From Pocillopora damicornis (lineage: Eukaryota): 64,000 nucleotides of DNA. This document shows positions 62,726-64,000 of this stretch, piece after piece. Numbering within the stretch: the first letter of the stretch is position 1; each line of letters opens with the position of its first letter. Position numbers and translations under genes: made by a program. Below the pieces are notes generated by a model, which ran no database searches, was not told the origin of the DNA, and worked only from the letters and a program-made list of their open reading frames with translations. The stretch is from NCBI RefSeq assembly GCF_003704095.1, contig NW_020844981.1, positions 62,001 through 126,000 on the forward strand. The letters are read 5' to 3'.

Positions 62726-63277
62726 TCATTTAAACCAATCAAGATCATCATCTTCATCATCATCAAATAACGGCGGTGGCACAGCACGGGCCGGTGGAGA
62801 ATCCTGGGGAAAAAATCACACTTTATGTTAGTTTTATTCCACATATTTTCCAAACAATTCGATATTTTAAGCAATAGTGTTTTGGTCTCTTCTGATATGT
62901 CTTGGTCGGGAGTGGTTCACAAAATTTGAATAGTTCATGATTTCTAATCACAGCTAATACATACGAGTGTCAAATTGACTAAAGTAGCATAAAAATTCGA
63001 TACCCGCCACCCGCCGGGTATTTTACAGGTGGGGAGAAGGGGGGGGGGAGGGAGGAAAGGGGGGAGGGGGAGGGGGAGGGGAGTGGAGGGGAGGGGGCTT
63101 CCAGGCAGAGAGTTGAACGGATTCGAGAGGATGTTCAGTTAAACCAGAGTATAACATAAGTTGCCTCGGTTGAGTTCAAACACGCAATTATAAGCTACCG
63201 GCTTTTCCTCTTCTTTTTTCTTTGACAAAGATCCAAACGTAAATTCCACATCGTCATGTTCATCGTCACCAAACAGT
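62726..63277 (-). CDS. FKBP15: Last two coding exons of an FKBP15-like protein (acidic LF motifs, DW C-terminus); the gene continues beyond the window
   Basis: Exon 63277-63199 translates LFGDDEHDDVEFTFGSLSKKKEEEKP; exon 62803-62726 translates DSPPARAVPPPLFDDDEDDDLDWFK*. Good polypyrimidine-CAG acceptors and a phase-0 join. It resembles the vertebrate FKBP15 ending (PP.PLF-acidic run-DW) as I recall it. Confidence 0.65.
63028..63098 (+). repeat. G-rich purine low-complexity tract (G-quadruplex/triplex potential)
   Basis: Many runs of 3 or more G separated by A. Confidence 0.8.
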
Positions 63278-63552
63278 CTGATGAAGAAAAGCAAAAGAGT
63301 ATACATCTGTTAAAAGAAGACTTTCTCAGCGTCGAACTTAAGAAACTAGCCTTGTCTGGCTCAACGTCTTATCACATCACTCCTTCGTATTACTTAAATA
63401 TAGCACAAGAGTGGACATTCACGAAGGGCGCCTTCTTGTCCTCTGCCTCTCAATATAATTGGAATTTGAAGTGTATATTTTGAGGGAAGGACAAGGGCGG
63501 AACCTTAAAAAAAACCCTTGGAGCAGGGGCAAGAACCAACTATCAACTCAAG

Positions 63553-63738
63553 GGAGTTTCAAAGCTGACCTATCGAACGTTACACTTCGTCGGAGTGAAA
63601 TGACGATGTGGAAGTAACTCTGACGAAGGGCTAACGCTCGCAACGTCTACTTTGAAACTCTAAAAGGTGGCCAATAATTACCCTGTTATACTCTCCCACC
63701 GACGCAGCACCAACCTTTCTTTAGAAATTTATCCCCCA
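63553..63738 (+). mobile_element. Second, more decayed copy of the Penelope-type inverted repeat with a hammerhead-like core
   Basis: CTGACGAAGGGCTAACGCTCGCAACGTC at 63620-63647; tail TATACTCTCCCACCGACGCAGCACC...TTTCTTTAGAAA is the reverse complement of 26447-26497. Confidence 0.7.
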
Positions 63739-63806
63739 ATTTAAGGGAATCGAGCCCAGGTCACAACCAGCTCCCACTTTGCTTTCTACGTATTCCATGT
63801 GTCAGT

Positions 63807-63922
63807 GGGAGAAGCGCTGGTTTAACCGTGAGCGTGCTAGACTCCGGGTCGAGGGTTCGGGTCATTGTGTTGTACTCTCGGGCATGAAACTTTACTCTCA
63901 CGGTGCCTCTTCAATCAGGTGA
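63807..63922 (+). mobile_element. tRNA-derived SINE 5' fragment
   Basis: Degenerate A/B boxes (TGGTTTAACCGTG, GGGTTCG) followed by CATTGTGTTGT..TCGGGCA..ACTTTACTCTCAC.GTGCCTCT, typical of tRNA-head SINEs. Confidence 0.65.
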
Positions 63923-64000
63923 GAGGTGTCGGCGAAAGACACTGAACCCTTCAGTCAAGACTACCATCATATATTTCAACTAACAAGACATGTACTTACG

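Overview
AT-rich, intron-containing animal genomic DNA. The repeat families and the TPR-CHAT expansion suggest a cnidarian, probably a stony coral (inference). From left to right: (1) the probable last exon of an unidentified coiled-coil gene; (2) a complete CDC7 kinase gene on the minus strand (9 exons reconstructed); (3) head-to-head with it across about 850 bp, a full-length VPS13B gene on the plus strand (about 37 exons, about 4,000 aa); (4) a tandem duplication of a 9-10 kb unit, each copy carrying a TPR-array + CHAT (caspase-like) gene with no intron in the visible CDS and 120-bp near-identical TPR units; and (5) the last two exons of an FKBP15-like gene on the minus strand, which the ORF track misses. 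The most interesting element is the TPR-CHAT pair. The repeat arrays differ in number and order and vary at a few fixed positions, while the protease end appears so homogenised that both copies break into an assembly gap at the identical base. The whole dimer is bracketed by a 9-bp direct repeat that is absent from the internal junction. Introns contain MITEs, Penelope-type inverted repeats with degenerate hammerhead ribozyme cores, and a tRNA-derived SINE. All coordinates were read by eye; the CHAT catalytic core lies in N gaps and cannot be seen.
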